This document shows, one piece after another, positions 1 through 9,186 of a stretch of DNA of 54,142 bases. The stretch is from positions 1-54,142 of the forward strand of contig DDZS01000063.1 in NCBI GenBank assembly GCA_002346425.1, read 5' to 3'. Source of the stretch: Alphaproteobacteria bacterium UBA3002 (lineage in GTDB: Bacteria; Pseudomonadota; Alphaproteobacteria; Rickettsiales; UBA3002). The translations under genes and the position numbers were made by a program. The notes beneath the pieces are model-generated. The model was given only the letters and a program-made list of their open reading frames with translations, was not told where the DNA came from and searched no databases. Every line of letters begins with the position of its first letter. Positions within the stretch are counted from its first letter, which is position 1.

Positions 1-330
1 CGCGCGTTCGTGCCTGCACCTCCACCACAAAATGTGGCGGAATTCGTGCAGCAGCAGCCCGTGCGTGATGTGCCGCAACCACGCGTGAGCGAACAACCTA
101 AAGAAGCAGCGGTACCGCGCGAAGTGATGGCGACCCCCGTTCAACCGACGCAACCCCCTGTCGCGACCCAGACTGCAGAACCGGTACGTTCGGCCTTCAA
201 TGAAACCTCGAAACGCACCGATCGCCCAACCTTGCGGTCGCAAGGATTTGGTTCCTATCTGGCGACGTTTTCACGCAATATTGAGTTTATCAATCCGGTC
301 CGCTTTTCTTCAGACCCTTTAACGGCCTAA
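1..330 (+). CDS. Partial (5'-truncated) hypothetical protein, Pro/Gln/Ala-rich linker followed by a short non-repetitive C-terminus
   Basis: Frame is open from base 1 to TAA at 328-330; no family recognised. Confidence 0.55.
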   Translation, partial: RAFVPAPPPQNVAEFVQQQPVRDVPQPRVSEQPKEAAVPREVMATPVQPTQPPVATQTAEPVRSAFNETSKRTDRPTLRSQGFGSYLATFSRNIEFINPVRFSSDPLTA

Positions 331-824
331 AGCGCTGGCCAGTTCAGTTCGGCATTCGATTGGGAGAGTTGCGCTTTCGCCCGCAATGCGTAATCGGCTA
401 ATCTTTCCGCCTGCGGGTGACTGTCCTGCCGGTACACATTATGGGCAATCGCGTGGGTCCACGCGTCCGGATCATCGCCCGAGGCAGTATAGGCCTGCAA
501 CCGCCCATTCATGGCAAAAGCCATTTTATCGACTTTTTTCCCGATGCTCATATCGCCCACGCCCATTTCGCGCAGTGACTGATCCATATCGGCAATTACC
601 AATTCCATAATATGACGCGTCGTATCGGCGTTAGCATCCGTGGCATTTAACCAGATGGCCAAATGCAGTAAAATCAGGTCAAAACGCCCGTCGACGCTAT
701 CGGCCACGCCGTAAGTTGTATAAAAAACGGGTTGCCGTGCTTGAGCAACGCATTGCGCATAGACAGGCAATAAGTCGCGATACGTATCGGAGGGCTGAAA
801 CCATTTCACAAGCTGCGCAAACAT
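327..824 (-). CDS. Ubiquinol-cytochrome c chaperone (Cbp3/UQCC1 family)
   Basis: Motifs VADSVDGRFDLILLH and DMDQSLREMGVGDMSIGKK. Confidence 0.9.
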   Translation of the reverse strand: MFAQLVKWFQPSDTYRDLLPVYAQCVAQARQPVFYTTYGVADSVDGRFDLILLHLAIWLNATDANADTTRHIMELVIADMDQSLREMGVGDMSIGKKVDKMAFAMNGRLQAYTASGDDPDAWTHAIAHNVYRQDSHPQAERLADYALRAKAQLSQSNAELNWPAL

Positions 825-840
825 ATGCTAGGAGTAGCGC

Positions 841-1305
841 ATGATACGGATTTTACAAGCGCTGTTGTGTATGGCCCTGCTTGCAGGGTGTGAACCGAAG
901 ACGGCACAGCGTGGCCAGGTGGAAGAGCCGGAAATGGTGAAAAATATCACGCCCGGCGAAACCACGCGGCGTCAGGTAGAGCTAAAATTCGGCTCGCCCT
1001 CCTCACAAACCGATTTTGGGCAAGAAATCTGGTATTATGTGCATACGCAAAAAGAAGCGTGGGCGTTTTTAAAACCGAAAATTACGGAGCAACATGTTGT
1101 CGCCATCGGGTTTGACGAGTCCGGTATTGTGACGAATGTCGAAGAATATACCGGCGAAGATGCGGTGCAGGTAGCGGTTGTGGAAGACATCACGCCGACT
1201 GAGGGCCATTCCATGGGCTTTCTTGAGCAGGCGCTCGGCAATGTCGGGCGCTTTACTGGCGGCGATCGCGATCCCTCGCAGCCGCGTGGACCAAGCCCAC
1301 GATGA
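841..1305 (+). CDS. bamE: Outer membrane protein assembly factor BamE (SmpA/OmlA lipoprotein)
   Basis: Lipobox LLAGC; G.T..QV...FGSPS and WYYV motifs. Confidence 0.9.
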   Translation: MIRILQALLCMALLAGCEPKTAQRGQVEEPEMVKNITPGETTRRQVELKFGSPSSQTDFGQEIWYYVHTQKEAWAFLKPKITEQHVVAIGFDESGIVTNVEEYTGEDAVQVAVVEDITPTEGHSMGFLEQALGNVGRFTGGDRDPSQPRGPSPR

Positions 1306-2417
1306 GCTTTTCAGATATTCCAACCATACTGGAAGAAGCCCGCGCCGGACGCATGTTTATTCTGGTTGATGACGAAGACCGTGAAAACGAAGGCGATCTC
1401 GTAATCCCCGCGCAATTCGCTACGGCTGAGGCTGTTAATTTCATGGCCAAATATGGCCGCGGGTTGATTTGTTTGGCGATGGATTCGGAGCATATTACCC
1501 GTTTGGGCCTGCCGCCGATGGCAAAGCATAATTCCTCGCGGCATCAAACGGCATTTACCGTGTCCATTGAAGCGCGCGAAGGGATTTCTACTGGAATCTC
1601 CGCTGCCGATCGTGCACTGACGATCGCTGCGGCGATTGCACCACATGCCGGACCGCAGGACATTGTCTCACCCGGGCATATCTTTCCGTTGCAAGCGCGC
1701 GATGGTGGCGTGCTGGTGCGCGCCGGACATACCGAAGCGGCGGTTGATATTGCACGCATGGCAGGCTGCGCCCCAGCGGGCGTGATCTGCGAAATTATGA
1801 ATGACGATGGCACAATGGCTCGCCGGGATGATTTATTTGCATTTGCGGAAGCGCATGGCCTGCACATTGCGACCATTGCCGATCTGATTGCTTGGCGCCG
1901 GCGTCAGGAGAAGCTGGTCGAATGCGTGCAAAGCGCGCCGCATCATTTGGTGGATGGCACCGAGATGCAGCTGCATGTCTATGCCAATCGCCTGCAATAT
2001 GCTGAGCATTTGGCGCTGGTGAAGGGCGATCCCTCTACATATGCCGACCCGGTGCCGGTGCGCATGCATGCCTTGAATTTTGTGCCAGATGTGTTGGGCG
2101 ATGCGACGGATGCTAAATCCGGAGAATTACAAGATGCACTAGCCGATCTCGCAGCGCGCGAATGTGGTGTCTTAGTTTTGCTGCGCGACGCGCAACCTCA
2201 GGCAGTATCGGACTGGGTGCGGCGCAAACAAGGCGAATCGCCGATCGCCGATGGCTATTTGCGTGATTACGGGATCGGCGCGCAGATATTGCTCGATTTG
2301 GGCGTGAAAGACATGATACTTTTATCCAACTCACCGCAACGTAGCGTGGTGGGTTTGGAAGGCTATGGATTACGCATTCATGGCCAGCAGGAAATCGCGA
2401 AACGGAGGGCAGGATGA
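1302..2417 (+). CDS. ribB: 3,4-dihydroxy-2-butanone-4-phosphate synthase fused to a degenerate GTP cyclohydrolase II-like domain (RibBA/RibBX type)
   Basis: [27 protein letters not shown]; C-terminal [13 protein letters not shown]; ATGA overlap with bamE stop. Confidence 0.93.
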   Translation: MSFSDIPTILEEARAGRMFILVDDEDRENEGDLVIPAQFATAEAVNFMAKYGRGLICLAMDSEHITRLGLPPMAKHNSSRHQTAFTVSIEAREGISTGISAADRALTIAAAIAPHAGPQDIVSPGHIFPLQARDGGVLVRAGHTEAAVDIARMAGCAPAGVICEIMNDDGTMARRDDLFAFAEAHGLHIATIADLIAWRRRQEKLVECVQSAPHHLVDGTEMQLHVYANRLQYAEHLALVKGDPSTYADPVPVRMHALNFVPDVLGDATDAKSGELQDALADLAARECGVLVLLRDAQPQAVSDWVRRKQGESPIADGYLRDYGIGAQILLDLGVKDMILLSNSPQRSVVGLEGYGLRIHGQQEIAKRRAG

Positions 2418-2839
2418 GCCGGATTTTAATTGCAGTGGCAACTTTCTACGAAGACATCGCAGAAGAATTGGTTCTGGGCGCACAAAGCCGTCTGGATGTG
2501 GCAAAGCATCAGGTTGATGTGGTTAAGGTGCCGGGGGCGTTTGAGTTGCCTGCCGCCATTCGCTATGCGATGTATGGCGCTGATGCATACGATGGCTATA
2601 TCGCGCTTGGCTGTGTTATCCGCGGGGAAACCACCCATTATGACGTGGTATGTAACGAAGCGGCCCGCGGCTTGCAGGATATCGCCTGTGACGCGCCTTT
2701 AGGATTTGGATTACTTACCGTCGAAAACAAAGAACAGGCGATGAAACGCGCCAGCGTCAATCAGGGCAATGTCGGACGTAAAGCGGCCGATGCCTGCCTG
2801 CAAATGATCGCCCTGCGCGAGCGTTTCACGGCCGAGTAG
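2414..2839 (+). CDS. ribH: 6,7-dimethyl-8-ribityllumazine synthase
   Basis: VPGAFELP and GCVIRGETTHY motifs. Confidence 0.95.
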   Translation: MSRILIAVATFYEDIAEELVLGAQSRLDVAKHQVDVVKVPGAFELPAAIRYAMYGADAYDGYIALGCVIRGETTHYDVVCNEAARGLQDIACDAPLGFGLLTVENKEQAMKRASVNQGNVGRKAADACLQMIALRERFTAE

Positions 2840-2845
2840 AAACCG

Positions 2846-3361
2846 GTGAACAAACCTGATCCTCATCAACGCGAATCGTTACGGCGCAAGCGCGCTTCAC
2901 GCATCGCGGCTGTGCAGGCACTGTATACTTATGCGATTCGCGAAAAGCCGCCTTTGCCTGCTAAACTACTAGAGCAGATTACCGCACAGTGGCAGGACAG
3001 CGTGCAGGCGCAGGACAGCGAATGGCCAATGACAGATAAGCCGGAAAACGCATTGCTGGAAGCCGTGTTACTGGGAACGCTGTCGCATCTGGAAACCATC
3101 GACACGCATATTCAGTTGCGGATCAAAGAGAATTGGAAAGCCGAACGGATGGACCCAGTCATGCGGGCTGTATTGCGCTGCGCGGTGTATGAGCTAGCCT
3201 ATTTTCCGGAACGCAAAACGCATATGCTGCTCGATGAATATGTGACGATTGCCAGCGGCTTTTTTGATGGGCAGGAATTAGGCTATATCCATAGCGCGCT
3301 GCAACAATTAGCGGGGGACTTGCGCGCGTCCGATGCGCCTTCAGCGGCGGAAGACGCCTGA
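2846..3361 (+). CDS. nusB: Transcription antitermination factor NusB
   Basis: SRIAAVQALY, W..ERMDPVMRAVLR, EYV.IA..FF; follows ribH; GTG start. Confidence 0.92.
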   Translation: MNKPDPHQRESLRRKRASRIAAVQALYTYAIREKPPLPAKLLEQITAQWQDSVQAQDSEWPMTDKPENALLEAVLLGTLSHLETIDTHIQLRIKENWKAERMDPVMRAVLRCAVYELAYFPERKTHMLLDEYVTIASGFFDGQELGYIHSALQQLAGDLRASDAPSAAEDA

Positions 3362-3369
3362 TTCAGGCG

Positions 3370-4293
3370 ATGCGCGAATTCGAATTTATCAATACGCTAT
3401 TGCGCCCATTGGCGCATACAGATTATGCCGATGCCTTGCGTAACGATGCAGCACGGCTTCCGGGCAATTTGGTTATTACAACGGATACGCTAAACGAAGG
3501 CGTGCATTTTCTTGCGAATAGCGACCCGGCATTGCTGGGCCGCAAAGCATTGCGCACCAATCTGTCCGACCTTGCTGCGATGGGGGCAACACCCGTCGGC
3601 TATTTGCTCAACCTATCTTTACCCAATGCCGACGCAGCATGGTTGCAAGCCTTCACCGAAGGGTTGGCTGAGGACCAACACATCTATCATATTGGTTTGC
3701 TTGGGGGAGACACCACGCGTGGACCGTTAAGCATTACTATTACCGCCATCGGTGAAGCTTCGAAACCGCTTATGCGCTGCACGGCACAGGTTGGCGATGA
3801 CGTTTATGTTACCGGCACAATGGGCAATGCGGCGCTGGGATTACTTGCCTATCAAAACGGCTGGTCCTATCCGCAATCACAAGCGCATTACGACCTGCCG
3901 GAGCCGCCTGTCTTTTTTGCGCAGTATGCCGCAACGCATATCAATGCCGCGCTCGATATTTCGGATGGTCTGTTGCAAGATGCGGGGCATTTGGCGACCG
4001 AGTCCAACATCGCGATTACTCTACAGCTTGAGCATATACCCTTAGCTTCTGAAGTGCAGCAGGCGCTGCAACAAAAACAGATCACTATGGAGCATGTACT
4101 GACTGGTGGTGACGAATATCAACTGCTGTTCACCGCACCGCGCGCGCAGGAATCGATGCTGCAGCAATTGGCGCAGCAATCCTCGGTGCTGTTATCGCGA
4201 ATTGGCAAGGTCACGGCGGGGGAAGGTGTGCAATGTCTGGATGCGACTGAGGCGCCGTTATCCTTCACTCAAACGGGTTGGCAACACTTTTAA
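3370..4293 (+). CDS. thiL: Thiamine-monophosphate kinase
   Basis: TTDTLNEGVHF, NLSDLAAMGA, GGDTT, DISDGL, GGDEYQL. Confidence 0.93.
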   Translation: MREFEFINTLLRPLAHTDYADALRNDAARLPGNLVITTDTLNEGVHFLANSDPALLGRKALRTNLSDLAAMGATPVGYLLNLSLPNADAAWLQAFTEGLAEDQHIYHIGLLGGDTTRGPLSITITAIGEASKPLMRCTAQVGDDVYVTGTMGNAALGLLAYQNGWSYPQSQAHYDLPEPPVFFAQYAATHINAALDISDGLLQDAGHLATESNIAITLQLEHIPLASEVQQALQQKQITMEHVLTGGDEYQLLFTAPRAQESMLQQLAQQSSVLLSRIGKVTAGEGVQCLDATEAPLSFTQTGWQHF

Positions 4294-4876
4294 ATTCAGT
4301 CAAACGTGCCGCATACCGCGCGAAGCGATCCACTTCCAAATTCACCTCATGCCCTTCCGCGCAATATTGCAGCGTGGTATGCTCCCAGGTGTGCGGAATA
4401 ATCATCACTTCGAACCCTCTCGCATCGGCTGCATTTACCGTGAGGGATATGCCATCTAATGCCACTGACCCTTTCGTCGCAATAAAGGGCAGTAATGAGG
4501 ATGGGGCAGACAAGCGCAGATGATAGCAATCATCTCGCGGTGTGATGGTTTCCAGCACGGCTTTACCATCGATATGACCGCTGACCAGATGGCCGCCTAG
4601 TTCATCGCCTGCTTTGAGTGCGCGTTCCAGATTGATCTGCCAGCCGGTATCCCATTCCGCAAGCGTCGTCACGCGGCAGGTTTCTTCTGACGCGGTAACG
4701 GCGAACCAGTTCTCTCCCGTTTCGGTCACGGTTAGGCAGATGCCATTGCATGCGATAGAGGCGCCAAGGGCAATCGTATCGGTCGCGTAAGCAGTTTCAA
4801 TTTTCAAATGCCGTTGCCCGCCTTTGGATTTAATGGCGGCGACGTGGCCTATGTCTGAGATGATGCCGGTAAACAT
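4265..4876 (-). CDS. ribE: Riboflavin synthase (alpha chain)
   Basis: MFTGII N-terminus, GASIACNGICLTV, GGHLVSGHIDG, KGSVALDGISLTVN. Confidence 0.96.
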   Translation of the reverse strand: MFTGIISDIGHVAAIKSKGGQRHLKIETAYATDTIALGASIACNGICLTVTETGENWFAVTASEETCRVTTLAEWDTGWQINLERALKAGDELGGHLVSGHIDGKAVLETITPRDDCYHLRLSAPSSLLPFIATKGSVALDGISLTVNAADARGFEVMIIPHTWEHTTLQYCAEGHEVNLEVDRFARYAARLTEFKSVANPFE

Positions 4877-5874
4877 GGATACTCAGTTAAGCGCAAATGC
4901 TGGCAGATGTCATGATGAAAGTGATGCGTCGCCAATCGCGTTGCACGGGCAAGTTCGGCGGGGGATTGTAGCGGAAAATCCTGCAATGCGGGTAAAGCGC
5001 CTTTGCCAAACCAGATCGGGGCCTGAAACCAATAGAGTTCATCGACCAGTCCGCTCGCCAGAAAAGCAGTGGTTAATTTGCCACCTGCTTCAACCAATAG
5101 CCGGGTAACGCCCTCGTTGGCTAGCTGGCCGACCATATCTGCAATACTTTTGTAATCGTGCAATAACGTGACCTCTTCGGTCTGCGCAATCCGACGTCGC
5201 CGGTCGGCAATATAGCGTTTTGGCGAGGCATCTTCCAAGCCGGGCAGGCGACAATTTAGGTGCGGATGATCCGCGAACCAGGTGCCGCTGCCGGTTAGAA
5301 TCGCATCATGCCGGGAGCGCAACAGATGGCCGAATTGCCGTGCATCTTCGCCCGTGATCCATTGACTGACCCCTGCGGCATTCGCCAGATAGCCATCCAT
5401 CGTAGTGGCCAGTTTCAGGCTGATGAAGGGGCGGTGTTGAGTGCGATGGCGGACAAAGCCTTCCATTTGTCGTAAGGCCGCCTGTGTCTCGATATTTTCT
5501 ACGACCACGATCCCCGCTTCCTGCAGCCGGGCAATCCCTCTTCCATTCACGCGGGGGTCAGGGTCGCGTAATGCGCATATAACCTGGGCCACGCCTGCCG
5601 CGATCAAGGCATCAGCACAGGGCCCCGTTTGGCCCGTATGACTACAGGGTTCCAGTGTGACATAGACAGTGGCCCCGCGTGCGGCATCGCCTGCCATGGC
5701 GAGCGCTTGGGTCTCTGCATGGGGTCTGCCACCGCCTCGCGCGCTGATTCCTGTGCCAACGATCTGATCGTGATTGACGACGACGCATCCCACCGCCGGG
5801 TTGCTGCCGGTGCAGCCGGTATGCGTGGCCGCAAGCCGCAACGCGTGTTGCATATAATCAGTGTGGGTCCGCAT
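4849..5874 (-). CDS. ribD: Bifunctional diaminohydroxyphosphoribosylaminopyrimidine deaminase/reductase
   Basis: NPAVGCV, HAE, TLEPCSH.G.TGPC, LKLATTMDG, VEAGG; start set at ATG 5874 (GTG 5883 possible). Confidence 0.93.
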   Translation of the reverse strand: MRTHTDYMQHALRLAATHTGCTGSNPAVGCVVVNHDQIVGTGISARGGGRPHAETQALAMAGDAARGATVYVTLEPCSHTGQTGPCADALIAAGVAQVICALRDPDPRVNGRGIARLQEAGIVVVENIETQAALRQMEGFVRHRTQHRPFISLKLATTMDGYLANAAGVSQWITGEDARQFGHLLRSRHDAILTGSGTWFADHPHLNCRLPGLEDASPKRYIADRRRRIAQTEEVTLLHDYKSIADMVGQLANEGVTRLLVEAGGKLTTAFLASGLVDELYWFQAPIWFGKGALPALQDFPLQSPAELARATRLATHHFHHDICQHLRLTEYPCLPASSQT

Positions 5875-5885
5875 CGACACCACGC

Positions 5886-6368
5886 TTACGAGGCTTCCGC
5901 CTTTTCCTTCTTCAATTCCGGGATACCGATTTGCTCGACAAATTCTTCAAAGTCGCGGGCCTCGGCGAAGTTACGATAGACGCTGGCATAGCGGATATAG
6001 CCAACCTTATCGAGTGCGGCGAGTTCTTCCATGACCAATTCCCCGATATCATGCGTGGTGACTTCGCTGTCGCCGCGGCTTTCGAGTTTCTGCACGATAC
6101 GATTAATCGTTTTTTCAATTTCCTCCGAATCGACATCGCGTTTACGCAGCGCGATGTGCAGCGAGCGGGCGATTTTTTCACGGTCGAACGGTTTACGGTC
6201 GCCGCTAGTTTTGATCACAAACAGCTCACGCAGCTGTACGCGTTCAAAGGTGGTGAAGCGTGAATTGCATTCCGGGCAAAAGCGGCGACGGCGGATCGTG
6301 CCGCCATCTTCGCTGGGCCGCGAATCTTTCACCTGTGTGTCGGTGTGATTACAGAAAGGGCACTTCAC
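5886..6368 (-). CDS. nrdR: Transcriptional repressor NrdR
   Basis: [38 protein letters not shown]. Confidence 0.97.
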   Translation of the reverse strand: MKCPFCNHTDTQVKDSRPSEDGGTIRRRRFCPECNSRFTTFERVQLRELFVIKTSGDRKPFDREKIARSLHIALRKRDVDSEEIEKTINRIVQKLESRGDSEVTTHDIGELVMEELAALDKVGYIRYASVYRNFAEARDFEEFVEQIGIPELKKEKAEAS

Positions 6369-6384
6369 GCTTCATCATCCTGTC

Positions 6385-7734
6385 TTAGAGATTGGGGTAA
6401 ATCGGGAAACGCGTGCACAAGGCTTTCACTTTTTGCGCGACCGCTTTTTCGACTTCCGCATTGCCTTCGGGCTTGCCTGCAATCCCGTCCAACACATCGC
6501 TGATCAGGTTACCGATTTCTTCAAATTCGGCTTTACCAAACCCGCGTGTTGTACCGGCAGGCGTTCCTAAACGTACCCCAGAGGTCACCATCGGTGGTTC
6601 CGGATCAAACGGAATCGCGTTTTTGTTACAGGTCAGGCCCGCACGTTCTAATGCTTCTTCGGCTCTGTTTCCAGTCACGCCTTTCGGACGCAGGTCCACG
6701 AGCACGATATGGTTATCAGTACCGCCGGAGACGATATCGACGCCACGGTCTTTTAGGGTTTTCGCCAAGACGCGCGCATTGTCGACGATACCTTGCGCAT
6801 AGGTTTTAAATTCAGGTTTCAGTGCTTCGCCATAAGCGACCGCTTTGCCCGCGATCACATGCATCAGCGGTCCACCCTGAATGCCCGGGAAAATGGCAGA
6901 GTTGATAGCTTGTCCTAAGGTGATTTCTTTACCTGATGGCGTTTTGCGTACCACTTTATCCGGATTGCTGGACAGAATCATCCCCCCGCGTGGCCCGCGC
7001 AGCGTTTTATGCGTCGTAGTGGTGACAACATCGGCATGCGGCAGCGGTGACGGGTAAGACCCACCCGCAACCAGACCGGCGATATGCGCCATATCAACCA
7101 TGAACCACGCGCCGACAGCATCGGCGATCTTGCGGAATTTTTCCCATTCGATGACGCGCGTATAGGCAGAAAAACCTGCGACAATCAGTGCCGGTTTGTG
7201 TTCTTTGGCCAGCGCCTCGATCTGGTCGTAGTCAAGTAGATGGTCGCTTTCACGTACGCCATATTGTACGGCGTTAAACCATTTGCCGGATTGATTCGGC
7301 GCTGCGCCATGCGTCAAGTGCCCCCCCGCCGCCAGAGACTGACCAAGAATGGTATCGCCTGGTTTAATCAGCGCGGTAAACACGCCCTGATTGGCCTGAG
7401 AGCCAGAATTAGGCTGCACATTGGCAAACGAACAATCGAACAGTTTTTTGGCGCGCTCAATCGCCAGTTCTTCGGCAATATCGACGCACTCACATCCGCC
7501 GTAATAGCGTTTCCCCGGATAACCTTCGGCATATTTGTTGGTCAGCACGCTCCCTTGCGCTTCCAGCACGGCGTTCGACGTAATATTTTCTGATGCAATC
7601 AATTCAATCTGATTTTTCTGACGCTCTAATTCCTTTTGCATGGCTGCGAATAATTCCGGGTCGGAATCCGACAGGTGGCGCGTGAAAAAGTCGTTATTGG
7701 AAGTGGCATCCATCGCGAGAGCAGCAGAAGTCAT
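6385..7734 (-). CDS. glyA: Serine hydroxymethyltransferase
   Basis: [43 protein letters not shown]. Confidence 0.98.
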   Translation of the reverse strand: MTSAALAMDATSNNDFFTRHLSDSDPELFAAMQKELERQKNQIELIASENITSNAVLEAQGSVLTNKYAEGYPGKRYYGGCECVDIAEELAIERAKKLFDCSFANVQPNSGSQANQGVFTALIKPGDTILGQSLAAGGHLTHGAAPNQSGKWFNAVQYGVRESDHLLDYDQIEALAKEHKPALIVAGFSAYTRVIEWEKFRKIADAVGAWFMVDMAHIAGLVAGGSYPSPLPHADVVTTTTHKTLRGPRGGMILSSNPDKVVRKTPSGKEITLGQAINSAIFPGIQGGPLMHVIAGKAVAYGEALKPEFKTYAQGIVDNARVLAKTLKDRGVDIVSGGTDNHIVLVDLRPKGVTGNRAEEALERAGLTCNKNAIPFDPEPPMVTSGVRLGTPAGTTRGFGKAEFEEIGNLISDVLDGIAGKPEGNAEVEKAVAQKVKALCTRFPIYPNL

Positions 7735-7737
7735 GGT

Positions 7738-8178
7738 TCAAAGTTTCCTTTCAGGGTTGGTCAATTGGTCGACACGGCGCTGATGGCGTCCGCCTTCGAA
7801 TTCCGTAGTAAGAAATGCGTCTACGCAGTCCAGTATTGTCGCTTCGCCAAGCAGGCGTGCGCCGAGACAAAGGACATTCGCATCATTATGCTGGCGCGAA
7901 AGCTGGGCGCTCAAACGGTCATGGCACAGAGCGGCACGAATGTGAGTGTGGCGATTTAGCGCGATTGAGATACCGATACCAGAGCCGCAGATCGCAATGC
8001 CCACCGGCGCGTCTGGCATGGCATGCGCTAAACGGTCGCCCATCAGCGGGTAATCGACGGAATCGGCGGAATCTGGCCCAAGGTCGCGCACATCATAGCC
8101 GTGCGATTGCAACCAGTCTTTCACTGTGGTTTTAAGTGCAAATCCTGCGTGGTCGCTGACCACTGCGACAACTGTCAT
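7738..8178 (-). CDS. rpiB: Ribose-5-phosphate isomerase B
   Basis: SDHAG, CGSGIG, HNDANVLCLG, FEGGRH; start moved to ATG 8178. Confidence 0.95.
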   Translation of the reverse strand: MTVVAVVSDHAGFALKTTVKDWLQSHGYDVRDLGPDSADSVDYPLMGDRLAHAMPDAPVGIAICGSGIGISIALNRHTHIRAALCHDRLSAQLSRQHNDANVLCLGARLLGEATILDCVDAFLTTEFEGGRHQRRVDQLTNPERKL

Positions 8179-8294
8179 AATTTCATGCCGATGTTGCTTG
8201 TTATTACTACTATATATTGATTGGCCTTGTGCCATGAAACCCGGTAATGTGCAACTGAAAAATAAGGTAACACTTGCTCTTAGAAGGGTATTGG

Positions 8295-9089
8295 ATGGAA
8301 TTTGCATCGCTTTTAGATATGCCTATCTTGTGGCCTGAAATCCGGCTGCATCCTTTCGTGTTGTCGTTATTGTTCGTGGTGGGCTTGTGTTTGGGCAGTT
8401 TTATTTCCCTAATCAGCTATCGCATGGTGCATGAAATGCCATGGGTAAATGTGCGCTCGCAATGCACTTCCTGCAAGAAAGCATTGCGTGCCCGCGAACT
8501 CGTGCCGGTTTTCTCGTGGGTGCGACAGGGTGGAAAGTGCAGCTGCGGCGCGACCATTTCAGTGCGCTATCCCATCATAGAATGTATTAGCGGGTTATGT
8601 GTCATTCTGACGGCGTGGGCGGTGCCGGATTTTTGGTCATTTTTGATTCTGACCGGATTAGTGCTGTCGATTCTTACCTTATGCGTGACGGATTTTGAAT
8701 ATTATATCATTCCGGATGAAATTCAGATCGCGATGCTGTTACTCGGCATCGCGTATGTCATGCATCAGGAGCTGCCGTTCGATACTCATCTGATCGGATT
8801 GGGCGTTGGCTTGGCGGTCGGACTCGGGCTGCATTTTGGCGCGAAATGGATTCTGAAAAAAGATGGATTGGGATTCGGCGATGTCAAATTGCTCGCGATC
8901 ATCGGGTTATGGATCGGGCTTGCCCCTTTTCCGGTATTCTTTTTCCTCTCCGGCATGTTTGGAATTTTTACCGCGATCGGTTGGCGTTTGTTAGGATTGG
9001 GAGAGCGCTTTCCCTTTGGCCCGGCACTGGCCTGGGCCATGCTACTGATCGTCATGGTTCCGGAAGTTGGGCAGATATTGCAGCGGTGA
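8295..9089 (+). CDS. pilD: Prepilin peptidase/N-methyltransferase (A24)
   Basis: GSF, RSQCTSC, ELVPVFSW...GGKCSC, D...IIPD, GFGDVKL, PFGP; start set at ATG 8295. Confidence 0.92.
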   Translation: MEFASLLDMPILWPEIRLHPFVLSLLFVVGLCLGSFISLISYRMVHEMPWVNVRSQCTSCKKALRARELVPVFSWVRQGGKCSCGATISVRYPIIECISGLCVILTAWAVPDFWSFLILTGLVLSILTLCVTDFEYYIIPDEIQIAMLLLGIAYVMHQELPFDTHLIGLGVGLAVGLGLHFGAKWILKKDGLGFGDVKLLAIIGLWIGLAPFPVFFFLSGMFGIFTAIGWRLLGLGERFPFGPALAWAMLLIVMVPEVGQILQR

Positions 9090-9097
9090 ATTCGGTT

Positions 9098-9106
9098 TGT
9101 GGATAA
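9098..9106 (-). promoter_or_regulatory. Perfect DnaA box (TTATCCACA on - strand)
   Basis: TGTGGATAA in the pilD-secretin intergenic gap; 8/9 match TGTGTATAG at 9138-9146; function untested. Confidence 0.45.
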
Positions 9107-9118
9107 GCGCGTTCAACA

Positions 9119-9147
9119 TTGTCAATACGTTATATTGTGTGTATAGG
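9119..9147 (+). promoter_or_regulatory. Putative sigma70 promoter of the secretin operon
   Basis: TTGTCA-N17-TATAGG. Confidence 0.5.
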
Positions 9148-9186
9148 TCTACTAACAATACTAGATTTATGGGTGGCTATTAAACA

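Noticed and set aside
3430-3460. ThiL LRNDAA instead of the usual DD motif
   Set aside because: Single conservative change with all other motifs intact; I cannot judge significance without an alignment
841-5883. FMN or TPP riboswitch for the rib/thiL genes
   Set aside because: No intergenic space upstream of ribB, ribD or thiL and no conserved aptamer motifs seen
9090-9186. Possible replication origin (DnaA boxes, AT-rich, rpmH-yidC nearby)
   Set aside because: Only 97 bp with two boxes and no obvious unwinding repeats; alphaproteobacterial origins usually lie near hemE/parAB; kept only as a promoter feature
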